From contig CAVRJM010000001.1 in assembly GCA_963722075.1 (NCBI GenBank), forward strand, positions 1,088,001 to 1,152,000: a DNA stretch of 64,000 nucleotides. Direction: 5' to 3'. The notes below the pieces were generated by a model. That model made no database searches. It worked only from the letters and a program-made list of their open reading frames with translations, and was not told where the DNA came from. Each line of letters opens with the position of its first letter. The stretch's first letter is position 1. This DNA is from Candidatus Babeliales bacterium. Lineage in GTDB: Bacteria > Babelota > Babeliae > Babelales > JANWKD01. Shown here in pieces: positions 29,403-38,769 of this stretch. The translations under genes were made by a program, and so were the position numbers.

Positions 29403-29846
29403 TTACCAGTGTTTTGTTATATACCCATCAACTGAAAAGGGGCCACCGCCAATAAGGAGAAATGCACCATACACAATTAACAATGAGAGGGGAAAGGAAT
29501 AGATATTATACGGATCACCATGATTAATATGCCACATAAATGCCACCCACATCATAAATACTAATGCAGCACTGGCAATGCGCGTACCAAAACCAGCCAC
29601 TAACATAATACCGCCAAAAAATTCAGTAATAGCCGCTAAAAAGCCCCACATAACGGGTAGAAAATGAATGCCGATGGGAGCTACATACATTCCTAATTCC
29701 CGCCACATTGGTATACCGCCCATTATTTTAGGGATGCCATGGCCAATGGTTAATATACCAATACCAATGCGAATAAGGGTAATAGCGTAATACGTCCAGG
29801 TTAATGAGGCAGGCGCTAATAGATATTGCAATAGAAAATTCATCAA
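29403..29846 (-). CDS. DoxX family membrane protein
   Basis: LIRIGIG..HGIPK, EFFGG..GFGTR and GGGPFSVD motifs. Confidence 0.85.
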   Translation of the reverse strand: MMNFLLQYLLAPASLTWTYYAITLIRIGIGILTIGHGIPKIMGGIPMWRELGMYVAPIGIHFLPVMWGFLAAITEFFGGIMLVAGFGTRIASAALVFMMWVAFMWHINHGDPYNIYSFPLSLLIVYGAFLLIGGGPFSVDGYITKHW

Positions 29847-29938
29847 TTTCTCCTAAAATTACTATTTTCTTTTTATCAAGATTTTATGCCCGTGTATTGT
29901 ATATATACCATGGTAGGTATACCTATTTTCAAGAAATC

Positions 29939-31240
29939 TTAATAGGAAAGTAAATGTCGATTACGCAAGGCCAAAATAACAATACCAAGAAGGTTAGGTA
30001 GCGCAACTAAGGGAAGTGCTAAATCCATAATAGCCCAAACAAGCGGAACTTCTATCATTGAACTAATAAAAATTACCAGTGCTACAAAAGCGTAATAACC
30101 TCGTATCCAACGATAATTAGTTAGGGTAGCAAAACTTTGACCACCATTAAAGCTATTGCCCAGCGCTGTAGTAGCAATAAACAACGTGACGCTCATTAAA
30201 AAAAAGATTGGCCCTACGGTTGGTAAATTTTTTTCAAAAACCTGCAATACCAACGTATTACAAAAAGTTCCTTGGTGCCAAATATTGGAACTCAGTACTA
30301 ATAATCCTGATAAAAAGCATAAAAACATATCCGCACTTTGCGAGTACATAGCTAAAATCCCCTGATCAATGGGCCGCTTAACATCTGAAATAGCATGCGC
30401 GATTGAAGCGGTCCCCATTCCTGATTCAGTAATAAATACTGCTTTAAAAACGCCTTCCTTAAGCGAAGAATATACCGTAGCTCCTAAAAATCCGCCAATA
30501 GGCGCAACTGGATAAAAAATAGAATGAAACATGCTGGTAAGTGCATAATAAACTGAACCAGGCATTGACGCTAATATCCAAATACTGCATAGAACATACG
30601 TTACAAACATTAAGGGAACTAACTTACTAGCAACATTGCCTACGCGTTGCGCACCACCCAGTAAAATTAAAAAAATAAACAACGCCAGTAGAAATCCGGT
30701 AACATATTCTGGAACACCGCGTTGAGCACCAATTTCTGCCAGTGCTTTTGATTGAATGCCTGACCAACCAGCAAATAGAAAAATAGTAGCAAATCCATAC
30801 CAACGCGCAAAATAAGGGTGCACTGCCTTTAAATATTCTGCCGGCCCACCAATTATTCTTCCATCAGATAATGTACGCCGATATACGAGTGCAAAAGTAA
30901 CTTCCACTAATTTAGTAGCTGCGCCAAAAAACGCATATAATAGTAACCAAAAAAGGGCGCCTGGCCCACCTACCACAATCGCTAATGAAGGGCCAACAAT
31001 AGTCCCTATACCAATAGAGCTTGCCATAGAAGTAAATAATGCATGGAAGGCATCAATTGTTTTTAAAGAGCCATGCTCTCGTTTAAATCCCGCAGTAATA
31101 AATGATAGAAAATGCCTGAATGCAAAAAATTGGGGTACTTTTAAAAATAGTGTTAAGAAGAATGCCACGGTAAAAAATAAGAAGGCAAAAGGGATGCCGA
31201 TCAACAAATTTATAGTATTAAGAAGAGTAATTAGATCCAT
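29939..31240 (-). CDS. Alanine/glycine:cation symporter (AGCS family)
   Basis: GGPGALFW, GGPAEY, ESGMGT and ALPNL motifs; multi-TM. Confidence 0.9.
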   Translation of the reverse strand: MDLITLLNTINLLIGIPFAFLFFTVAFFLTLFLKVPQFFAFRHFLSFITAGFKREHGSLKTIDAFHALFTSMASSIGIGTIVGPSLAIVVGGPGALFWLLLYAFFGAATKLVEVTFALVYRRTLSDGRIIGGPAEYLKAVHPYFARWYGFATIFLFAGWSGIQSKALAEIGAQRGVPEYVTGFLLALFIFLILLGGAQRVGNVASKLVPLMFVTYVLCSIWILASMPGSVYYALTSMFHSIFYPVAPIGGFLGATVYSSLKEGVFKAVFITESGMGTASIAHAISDVKRPIDQGILAMYSQSADMFLCFLSGLLVLSSNIWHQGTFCNTLVLQVFEKNLPTVGPIFFLMSVTLFIATTALGNSFNGGQSFATLTNYRWIRGYYAFVALVIFISSMIEVPLVWAIMDLALPLVALPNLLGIVILALRNRHLLSY

Positions 31241-31342
31241 ATGGTTCCAACAATTAATGACTAACGACAATTTAATAAAATATTGAAATTAATTAGAGCA
31301 GTTGAATATCAACATCGGTAATGAATAGTGATAACAACAAAA

Positions 31343-31418
31343 CGTCGTTGCGAGCTCGTCGAAGCAATCCAGAAAAAATATTTTAACCTGGATCACCACG
31401 GCCTAAAGGCCTCGTGAC
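31343..31418. repeat. Palindromic repeat pair whose second unit is interrupted by IS481 (continues at 32585..32593)
   Basis: CGTCGTTGCGAGCTCGTCGAAGCAATCCAG...CTGGATCACCACGGCCTAAAGGCCTCGTGAC|IS|GTGACGACG. Confidence 0.85.
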
Positions 31419-32584
31419 TGTATGTGTTCATAATTTCGAAGAATAATTTACACCCAAGAAACTACAGTTGTCCATTAATTACTATCTTTTTTCTTAAAAG
31501 GGGCTGCAGGAGTCGCAGTAAGCATTGAGGAAGGAATTTTGCCATCCAAACCCTGATGAGGGCGATGCTCATTATAAAAAAAGTTATAACCGAGTACAGC
31601 ATCCTTTAACTCATCGAGAGTATTGTAAACAGCACCTTCAATAACCTCATCATGAAAAGTCCTCCAGAAGCGCTCAATCTTACCATTGGTCTGAGGCCGA
31701 TAAGGCCTTGTTTTAATGTGTTTGATGGCGAAGTGAAGCAATAATCGCTCAAAGGGATGGTTCTTAAGATTCTTTTCAGAAGAACAAAATTCAGAGCCAT
31801 TATCAGTTAAGACTTCATCAAAAGTAATGCTATAGCGCTGATGCATATGTAAAATAACATCCATCATAGCAAAGGCAGCATCAATAGCTTTGATGGACTC
31901 CATTACCTCAACCCAGACTACCCGAGAGTAATCATCAATAACACCAAGAACAAAATAACGAGTATTAGGTTCTGATACGATAATTCCCTTAGGCAAATAA
32001 TGGCAATCAATATGACCTAATGAACCAGCATGAGTTCTCACAATTTTTCTTTTTTCCTCTCGTGCTAAAGCAGACAATCGAGAAACACCATACGTCCGCA
32101 ATGTACGATAAACTGTGCTTGCTGATATTCGTTTGGCATTAGGATGTTTCTTTTGTAACGTCTGAGCAATAATATATCTATTATATCCTAATTTTCTATA
32201 ATCCAAAATCTCATTTGTAATCTTATCATCTGCCAGAGGCAATTCTTGGTATTTTGGTTTAGGGCCAGGTCTCATAGGCAGTAAAGCATTTGGATTTCTA
32301 TTTGAATTTATAAAACGCCCATAAAATTTATAGAAATTTTGATAACCGATGTCGTTAGCTTTAAAAAATTCACGAACTTTTTTATATTTTGGATGATTCT
32401 TAGCTTTGACTAATTCGTATTCTTCAACGAATTTAAGCAGATATTTAATTGAATTCTTATGTAAAGTATTATACGATATATTTGCACTCATAGTAATTCC
32501 TATTGTTAAATATTGTTGTTGTTATTTTTAACTTTAGTTTACTATGGGTGTCTTTTTTATTCACCAGAATTTTGAACTTTTACA
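31419..32584 (-). mobile_element. IS481-family insertion sequence
   Basis: TGT...ACA ends, imperfect TIR (TGTATGTGTTCATAATT / TGTAAAAGTTCAAAATT, 13/17) and a 5-bp TSD GTGAC. Confidence 0.9.
31475..32491 (-). CDS. IS481-family DDE transposase (rve integrase core)
   Basis: HID, IDDYSR, TDNGSEF, PQTNGKIERFWRT and YNEHRPHQGL motifs. Confidence 0.93.
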   Translation of the reverse strand: MSANISYNTLHKNSIKYLLKFVEEYELVKAKNHPKYKKVREFFKANDIGYQNFYKFYGRFINSNRNPNALLPMRPGPKPKYQELPLADDKITNEILDYRKLGYNRYIIAQTLQKKHPNAKRISASTVYRTLRTYGVSRLSALAREEKRKIVRTHAGSLGHIDCHYLPKGIIVSEPNTRYFVLGVIDDYSRVVWVEVMESIKAIDAAFAMMDVILHMHQRYSITFDEVLTDNGSEFCSSEKNLKNHPFERLLLHFAIKHIKTRPYRPQTNGKIERFWRTFHDEVIEGAVYNTLDELKDAVLGYNFFYNEHRPHQGLDGKIPSSMLTATPAAPFKKKDSN

Positions 32585-32708
32585 GTGACGACGAGAATGC
32601 AAAAGGATTTCATTGTGACTGCGAAATGACCCATCGGCATGACGCGCTGGCAAATAATTTTTCCCTACTTTGCATTAATCAGCATATTAATTTCAATATT
32701 TGACCACC

Positions 32709-33305
32709 TTATACTCTTTTTGAAAGAAATGAAAGCGCCTTACGCAATAGTTGATCAAAGGAAGCAGATACTGGTAATGATTCCTTAAGATACGATAATG
32801 TATTATTTATCTCTGTCCGTGAATAATTGAGCGATGTTAATGTCTCAGAAACCGTATGCCAATGGGTATATTCATCAGCAATTTCATCGATACCGCCGCT
32901 TTCAATCAATTTTGCCACCTTATGGCGTAATTGCATAATGATTTGCTCAGCTTTTTTTGCTCCAATACCACTAACAGCACTCAATGCTTTTTCATCATTA
33001 GCATGCACTGCCTTTAAAAAAGAACCGGGTGACATGGCCGATAAAAGCGCAAGCGCAATTTTAGGGCCAATACCGGAACAGCTAATAACTAGAAGAAAAA
33101 CGGTTTTTTCCAATGCCGTTTGAAATCCATATAATAACGGCCCATTTTCTTGATGCCATTGTAAATGAACGTAAAAAGAATATTGTTGCCCTTTTGTAAG
33201 AGCTATATTCTGCGCTACATAGAGTTGATAGCCAACCCCATTTACCTCACAGGTAACTGCTTGGTCTTTGTACTCAATTACGGTGCCTCGTAAAAAATTA
33301 ATCAT
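32709..33305 (-). CDS. ruvA: Holliday junction branch migration protein RuvA
   Basis: VNGVGY, LYGF, SGIGPK and GIGAKKAEQI motifs. Confidence 0.95.
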   Translation of the reverse strand: MINFLRGTVIEYKDQAVTCEVNGVGYQLYVAQNIALTKGQQYSFYVHLQWHQENGPLLYGFQTALEKTVFLLVISCSGIGPKIALALLSAMSPGSFLKAVHANDEKALSAVSGIGAKKAEQIIMQLRHKVAKLIESGGIDEIADEYTHWHTVSETLTSLNYSRTEINNTLSYLKESLPVSASFDQLLRKALSFLSKRV

Positions 33306-33389
33306 AAAAAGCCTCAAAATATGATAATTTCATTAAACCATTGAACTAAAAATTTCATTTTGTAATAATAATATAAAAAGGATCTTTCT

Positions 33390-33764
33390 ATGATCAATAA
33401 AAAAATCGCTATTTATGTACTTTTACTTTTTATTACCCCTTTATATGCATCCCTTCGCTTGCGCCGCAATATGTATACCTTAAATATTACCTATAATGTT
33501 TTTGGGCTCAACCCTAAGCAATATATCTGCGCTTATGATGATATTGCAAAACAAGTAGTATGCGAACCAAAAGATATTACTGATCCTTATGCCAATGACA
33601 TTCAGGTATTTCGCAATGTATATGTACGTAAATTAACCTCAGATCCCGTTGGTATTGGCTACATCGGTTATTTCCAAAACCCCAATCTTAATGCCGGTCC
33701 TCCACATGAGTATACCAGTACCCGTACTATTTTCCCGTTTGAAGTATATGCTTCAAAGTATTAA
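33390..33764 (+). CDS. Hypothetical secreted protein
   Basis: AAGGA RBS and signal peptide. Confidence 0.6.
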   Translation: MINKKIAIYVLLLFITPLYASLRLRRNMYTLNITYNVFGLNPKQYICAYDDIAKQVVCEPKDITDPYANDIQVFRNVYVRKLTSDPVGIGYIGYFQNPNLNAGPPHEYTSTRTIFPFEVYASKY

Positions 33765-33769
33765 TTGTA

Positions 33770-33797
33770 TTGACAACTATACTATTTTTGTTAGAGT
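33770..33797 (+). promoter_or_regulatory. Sigma70 promoter of tRNA-Gly
   Basis: TTGACA-16 bp-TAGAGT. Confidence 0.55.
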
Positions 33798-33814
33798 TTT
33801 AATAACTTTCATTC

Positions 33815-33889
33815 GCGGGAATAGCTCAGTGGTAGAGCGTTGCCTTGCCAAGGCAAAGGTCGCGGGTTCGACCCCCGTTTCCCGCTCCA
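33815..33889 (+). tRNA. tRNA-Gly(GCC)
   Basis: GCGGGAATAGCTCAGTGGTAGAGC...TTGCCAA...GGTTCGACCC...TTCCCGCTCCA. Confidence 0.95.
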
Positions 33890-34036
33890 GTCTTCGCTCC
33901 TACGGAGCTTCGCCTGGCGCCGCCATTTTTTTAAATGAAGATAATATTATTAGCACAGTGAAAAGCGAAGACTGTCCGGCATAGCTTGTAGTAACGAAGC
34001 AATTGATAAGGGTCAAAGCAGAAAGCGCCGACGGAC
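33890..34036 (+). repeat. tRNA 3'-trailer hairpin element plus structured leader of the GIY-YIG gene
   Basis: CCA|GTCTTCGCTCCTACGGAGCTTCGCCTGGCGCCGCCA; 33888-33898 is perfectly complementary to 33964-33974. Confidence 0.75.
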
Positions 34037-34054
34037 TATAAATATATCTACCTT

Positions 34055-34297
34055 ATATATTATGTTTACATTATCAAATCGGTTAATTTTCCTGGAAAAA
34101 TATATATTGGCTATACCCTCAATATAAAAACGCGATTACAGACGCATAATGATGGTGGATCAACTTTCACTAAGGATTATAAACCATGGGAAGTAATCTT
34201 TTATGGCACTTTTCAGAATAAATTGAAAGCATTAAACTTTGAAAAATACTTGAAATCCCATTCAGGTAGAGCATTTTTAATAAAACGATTATTATAG
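34055..34297 (+). CDS. Small GIY-YIG nuclease (80 aa) with ATA at the start position; missed by ORF track
   Basis: Hand translation gives IYYVYIIKSVNFPGKIYIGYTLNIKTRLQTHNDGGSTFTKDYKPWEVIFYGTFQNKLKALNFEKYLKSHSGRAFLIKRLL*. Confidence 0.8.
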   Translation: MYYVYIIKSVNFPGKIYIGYTLNIKTRLQTHNDGGSTFTKDYKPWEVIFYGTFQNKLKALNFEKYLKSHSGRAFLIKRLL

Positions 34298-34431
34298 GCA
34301 GCCATTTTCTCTTAAATGAGGAATATCGTGACGCGATAACCCAATTATGGTACATTCTAAAGTAGTAACGGTAGCTATTTTTCATAGTTAGCAACCTTTT
34401 AATCTGAATGAATCCAATGGTAAAGGATTAT

Positions 34432-35004
34432 ATGAAATCAATAATTCAAGAAGCATCTTCCGTACTTAAAGCTATTGAAAAGGGATGGGAAAGTGCTGGT
34501 AAACCTAAAGAGTTTTCAATTAAAATCTTTGAAGAACCAAAAAAGAATTTTATTGGCATGACCGTACAATCAGCCAAAGTTGGTATCTTTTTTAATGAAA
34601 AAATAACTAAAGAAGAACCAGAAAAAGGCGCTCCAAAAAAAAGTGAGCCAATTCAAAGAACAGCAAAAAGAGAGCTGTATAAACCTGAAAAGATTGAAAA
34701 GAAAGAATCTATTACACCTAAAGCAGAACCCAAAGCAGCAACACCCAAGGTTATTTGGACACCGGAAATGATTAACCAAACGACACAATGGATTGCAGAT
34801 GTCTTAGCCCATATGAATCTTTCTGAACGTAATTTTACCATACAGACCCATAACTATCAGTTAATGATTAACTTTGACAATCCACTAATTACCGATCGTG
34901 AAAAAGAACAACAATTGTTACGCAGCCTTTCCTTTCTGTTAATTCAAACATTACGACACAAATTAAACCGTCCATTGCGCGGGTTTAAAGTTATTATGAA
35001 CTAA
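34432..35004 (+). CDS. Jag/KhpB N-terminal domain protein
   Basis: MKSIIQEA..V..AIEKG...IKIFEEPKK.FIG Jag_N pattern; lies directly upstream of mnmE. Confidence 0.7.
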   Translation: MKSIIQEASSVLKAIEKGWESAGKPKEFSIKIFEEPKKNFIGMTVQSAKVGIFFNEKITKEEPEKGAPKKSEPIQRTAKRELYKPEKIEKKESITPKAEPKAATPKVIWTPEMINQTTQWIADVLAHMNLSERNFTIQTHNYQLMINFDNPLITDREKEQQLLRSLSFLLIQTLRHKLNRPLRGFKVIMN

Positions 35005-36386
35005 TGGCTCTTATTACGAACGATGATCAAACTATTATAGCGCTTGCAACTGCCCGCGGCAGCGGTGCTATTGCATTATTACGTATGTCAGGCGCACATT
35101 GCATTACCATTGGCGCACAAATGGCACATTTAGCAAGCAAAAAAAGCATAGATCAAGTACCGTCTCATACCGTTCACTTAGGCACTATTATTGATACAAT
35201 AGGAGCCCCTATTGATCAAGTAATGATTATTGTTATGCAGGGGCCACACACTTTTACCGGGCAAGATATCATTGAAATTACCTGCCACAATAATCCCTTT
35301 TTAATAGAAGCAATTATACAACGAGCAATCGAATGCGGAGCCCGTTTAGCCCAAGAGGGAGAATTCACTAAGCGCGCTTTTCTCAATAAAAAATTGGATC
35401 TTGTTCAAGCAGAATCGATTAATGAACTCATTCATGCCTCAACGCAATTAGCATTAAAGCAATCGCTGGCTCAAGTAACGGGTAGTTTTTCTGCCTGGTT
35501 ACAAAAGATTGAAAAAGATCTTATCACGTGCAGCGCCTTGGCAGATGCTAGTTTTGAATTCATTGATGAAGAAATGGAATTTGGCACACAAATAAAAACA
35601 ACGATTACTACAGTTCTTTCTCAAATCAATCAATTAAAAACTACCTTTAATTACCAAAACCATATACGTCAAGGTATCCGTATTGCTCTTATTGGATCAG
35701 TCAATGCGGGTAAATCCTCATTATTTAATACCTTGTTGCAAAAAGAGCGCTCAATTGTTACCAATATTGCCGGCACTACCCGTGATGTCATTGAAGCAGG
35801 GGTATATAAAAAAAGTTGTTATTGGACACTGATTGATACGGCCGGTTTACGGCAAACCGCAGATTCGATTGAACAAGAAGGTATTAATCGATCCTATCAA
35901 GAAGCGCATATTGCTGATTGCGTTTTATTAATCATTGATGGATCACGCTCTTTATTTCCCGCTGAAAAAGCTATTTATGAAGATCTTCTGCAAAAGTATA
36001 GCCATAAAATTATCGTTATTAAAACCAAAGCAGATTTAGAACAAAATTCTACTGATTTTGCTTCATGTAATAATGCCATTACCGTTTCAATATTTGATAG
36101 AAACTCAGTTAAAACCCTTGAAGAAATTATTGAACAAAAAATTGATCACGATTTTTTCAATAAAATAGAATCGCCATTCTTACTTAATCAACGGCAGTTT
36201 AACTTAGTAAAAGCATTAGAGAAAGATTTGATCACAACCTTACAACTGTTTCAAGATCCTGTCCCGTATGAATTAGTATCTTATCACCTTAAAGAAGCGC
36301 TTACCTCGCTCACACAACTAACGGGAAAAACCGTTAGCGAGCAAGCAATGGATGCCATTTTTAGAGAATTTTGCATCGGCAAATAA
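35004..36386 (+). CDS. mnmE: tRNA modification GTPase MnmE
   Basis: IIALAT, GEFTKRAFLN, NAGKSS, GTTRD, DTAG and FCIGK motifs. Confidence 0.96.
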   Translation: MALITNDDQTIIALATARGSGAIALLRMSGAHCITIGAQMAHLASKKSIDQVPSHTVHLGTIIDTIGAPIDQVMIIVMQGPHTFTGQDIIEITCHNNPFLIEAIIQRAIECGARLAQEGEFTKRAFLNKKLDLVQAESINELIHASTQLALKQSLAQVTGSFSAWLQKIEKDLITCSALADASFEFIDEEMEFGTQIKTTITTVLSQINQLKTTFNYQNHIRQGIRIALIGSVNAGKSSLFNTLLQKERSIVTNIAGTTRDVIEAGVYKKSCYWTLIDTAGLRQTADSIEQEGINRSYQEAHIADCVLLIIDGSRSLFPAEKAIYEDLLQKYSHKIIVIKTKADLEQNSTDFASCNNAITVSIFDRNSVKTLEEIIEQKIDHDFFNKIESPFLLNQRQFNLVKALEKDLITTLQLFQDPVPYELVSYHLKEALTSLTQLTGKTVSEQAMDAIFREFCIGK

Positions 36387-36388
36387 AA

Positions 36389-37753
36389 TTATTTTATATA
36401 TGTATGTTCTTTTAAGAGAAACATAATATCCGGATTTTTACGTTTTCGTGCATAATCGAGTGGCGTTTTATAATCTCTATTTTGAATAGATAGATTTGGC
36501 GCATGCCTTAATAGTATTTTTAACAAAGCAGGGTTATTTTTTTTTATAAAAATATGTGCAAACGTTTCCCGCGAATTACTTTCTTGGGTATTAATAATAT
36601 CAATAAAATCATTAAATCCTTTTTTAATGATATTTGATAATTGTTGTTTTAATGCTTCTAACTCTTTTGGATCTAAATTTCCCATTTTAACTTTATCTAT
36701 AAACGGCGCAACTTCATTATACCAAAACTGTTTATCAAGCGCCTTATTAAATGCGCCCTGTTTTTGATAACGCTTAAATGATACTGCAGGATCTTCTAGT
36801 AAGAAATCCCATGCAGCCCCTGATAAAACGGGTAAAAATAATTTTATTACTTTTTCAGTACCTATATCAATAATAGGAGTATAATTAAGATTTTTTATTA
36901 AAAAATCGGCAATTTCATCGCTGTGTTGACCACCAGCATAGATAATTATATGTCGCTGCGCCGAAAGAATTAATTTAAAAATAACTTCAAAATTAAATAC
37001 TTCTTTTTTTATATATTCATTAAAGTTCTTTTTAAATGAATCAAATTTTTTATTTTCTTTAAGAATTTCTAATAAATCAGCAATTGAAATAGCATCTGAA
37101 ATCGTTTCAATTTCTTCTTGAACTTGAAGTATCCCTATCCTTTGAGCTTGCCATTCATTAATGATTTTTTGGAAAGCATCCTGCTGATGGGTAGAAATAA
37201 GATTCATATACCTATCCTCAAAATATAATATATTCTCCAAATAAAATTTCAGCTTTCCCACCGTTAATAGGCCAACCTCTGCAGGATATATTGCGCTAGT
37301 TAAAAACTTCATAGCAGGAATTATATTACGAAAGGTATCAGCTGCTTCAAAAACAATCATTTGATTGCTATCGATATTAAATTTTTTAGAAAGCTGATTA
37401 CCCGCATACGATATAAATAAATTTTTAATATACAAATTAATGGGATCAAATTCCCATAATAATTTTATGGGTTCTTTTGTTTTTTCATTAAGCTTATTAA
37501 AGGCGGCCATAAGCACGCGTTCTGAACTAGTAAAATTTTTTATTTCCTCTTTACTTAGGTATTTTTTAACACTTTTTCTAACACCTTTCACTGGTTGATA
37601 AAGCGCGGCATGACTATCAGAAATAATATCGACAACTTTTGCAATGTTATTGTTATCTAATAATAATAAGCGACGAAATCGATCAGGATAACCATCAAGA
37701 AAGTAAAAAAATAAACAGGTACAAAATAGTAAAGATCTTAACCATCTATGCAT
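36389..37753 (-). CDS. Secreted hypothetical protein with C-terminal ankyrin repeat
   Basis: Signal peptide; C-terminal ETFAH...LLRHAPNLSIQN..KTPLDYA. Confidence 0.7.
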   Translation of the reverse strand: MHRWLRSLLFCTCLFFYFLDGYPDRFRRLLLLDNNNIAKVVDIISDSHAALYQPVKGVRKSVKKYLSKEEIKNFTSSERVLMAAFNKLNEKTKEPIKLLWEFDPINLYIKNLFISYAGNQLSKKFNIDSNQMIVFEAADTFRNIIPAMKFLTSAIYPAEVGLLTVGKLKFYLENILYFEDRYMNLISTHQQDAFQKIINEWQAQRIGILQVQEEIETISDAISIADLLEILKENKKFDSFKKNFNEYIKKEVFNFEVIFKLILSAQRHIIIYAGGQHSDEIADFLIKNLNYTPIIDIGTEKVIKLFLPVLSGAAWDFLLEDPAVSFKRYQKQGAFNKALDKQFWYNEVAPFIDKVKMGNLDPKELEALKQQLSNIIKKGFNDFIDIINTQESNSRETFAHIFIKKNNPALLKILLRHAPNLSIQNRDYKTPLDYARKRKNPDIMFLLKEHTYIK

Positions 37754-37860
37754 AAAGACTCACTTAGGAATAATAACTATATATAATAATTATAAATAAA
37801 ATATATTCAAATAGTCAATGATGAATAATCGTGAGCAACCCCAATAGGGGTAAAATAAAA

Positions 37861-37895
37861 AAGGCTTTCTGAACCAACTTGTATCAGAAAGCCTT
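37861..37895 (-). terminator. Intrinsic terminator after the OmpA gene
   Basis: AAGGCTTTCTGA...TCAGAAAGCCTT stem followed by a T-run on the minus strand. Confidence 0.7.
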
Positions 37896-37918
37896 CTTAA
37901 AGTAACAAAATCGAATTT

Positions 37919-38560
37919 TTAAACTGCTAATGCATAAATTTCTACACGCCGATTAGGGGCTTGGCCATCTTTAGTTTCATCAAAAGCAACGGGTTCCTCA
38001 TTGCCCACACCAAAGATTTTTATGCGGTTTTTAGGAATATGTGCTTCTTCTTCCAGGTAACGCGCAATCTTATTTGCCCTATTCATTGATAACGCTAAGT
38101 TATAAGCACGGGTACCATGCCATTTACAAGAATGGCCTTTGCAGCAAATCACTCGACCACTTTCATAGAACTCTTTAGCCTTTTGAACGGTTTGCTTTAA
38201 TGCTCCTTTTTGATTTGATAAAGGCTCTTGGCTATCATAGGGAAAATAGACTGTTTGCATCTCATCTTTTGTATCTAATTGTTCCAGGGTAAAATCTTGC
38301 ACTGCCATATTTTGCGCTAAGGCTATATCAGTATCAAATGCTCTATCATAGGGGCTTTCTAGGTTATCTTCTTCAAGGACAAATGCTTCAACATCCTCAT
38401 CAAATATAGAAATAGCGTCACGATTATTAAATGCTAAAGGCATGATTGCCTGTTCTTGTTCAGGTCTTTTCAGCATGCTTTTTTGGTCTTTTTTACAAGC
38501 AGGCAATAAACCAACCGCAAGGATCATAGTAAGAGGAAGGGACAATTTATGACGAATCAT
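37919..38560 (-). CDS. OmpA/Pal-like lipoprotein
   Basis: Lipobox LPAC; VYFPYD, YNLALS..RA and NRRVEI motifs. Confidence 0.85.
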   Translation of the reverse strand: MIRHKLSLPLTMILAVGLLPACKKDQKSMLKRPEQEQAIMPLAFNNRDAISIFDEDVEAFVLEEDNLESPYDRAFDTDIALAQNMAVQDFTLEQLDTKDEMQTVYFPYDSQEPLSNQKGALKQTVQKAKEFYESGRVICCKGHSCKWHGTRAYNLALSMNRANKIARYLEEEAHIPKNRIKIFGVGNEEPVAFDETKDGQAPNRRVEIYALAV

Positions 38561-38769
38561 ATAGTACATCTCCATAAATAAGTTATTTCTTATAAACAAA
38601 AAAGAACTTTAACATAAATTTTTTCTTTTTTCTATCTAAAAAATAGCTTTTATATAAAATTCTACTTTTTAAGCCTGAGATAGGGTATACTAGAAGTATA
38701 TAAAAGTTATAAACCATAAATACTTTATTCTTATTTTATCTGTTATTTATGGTACAAATTGGAATTACT

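Noticed and set aside
33649..33984. 111-aa ORF in the track
   Set aside because: It overlaps tRNA-Gly and its trailer, so it is spurious.
34170..34394. 74-aa minus-strand ORF
   Set aside because: It is antisense to the GIY-YIG gene, which has clear family motifs.
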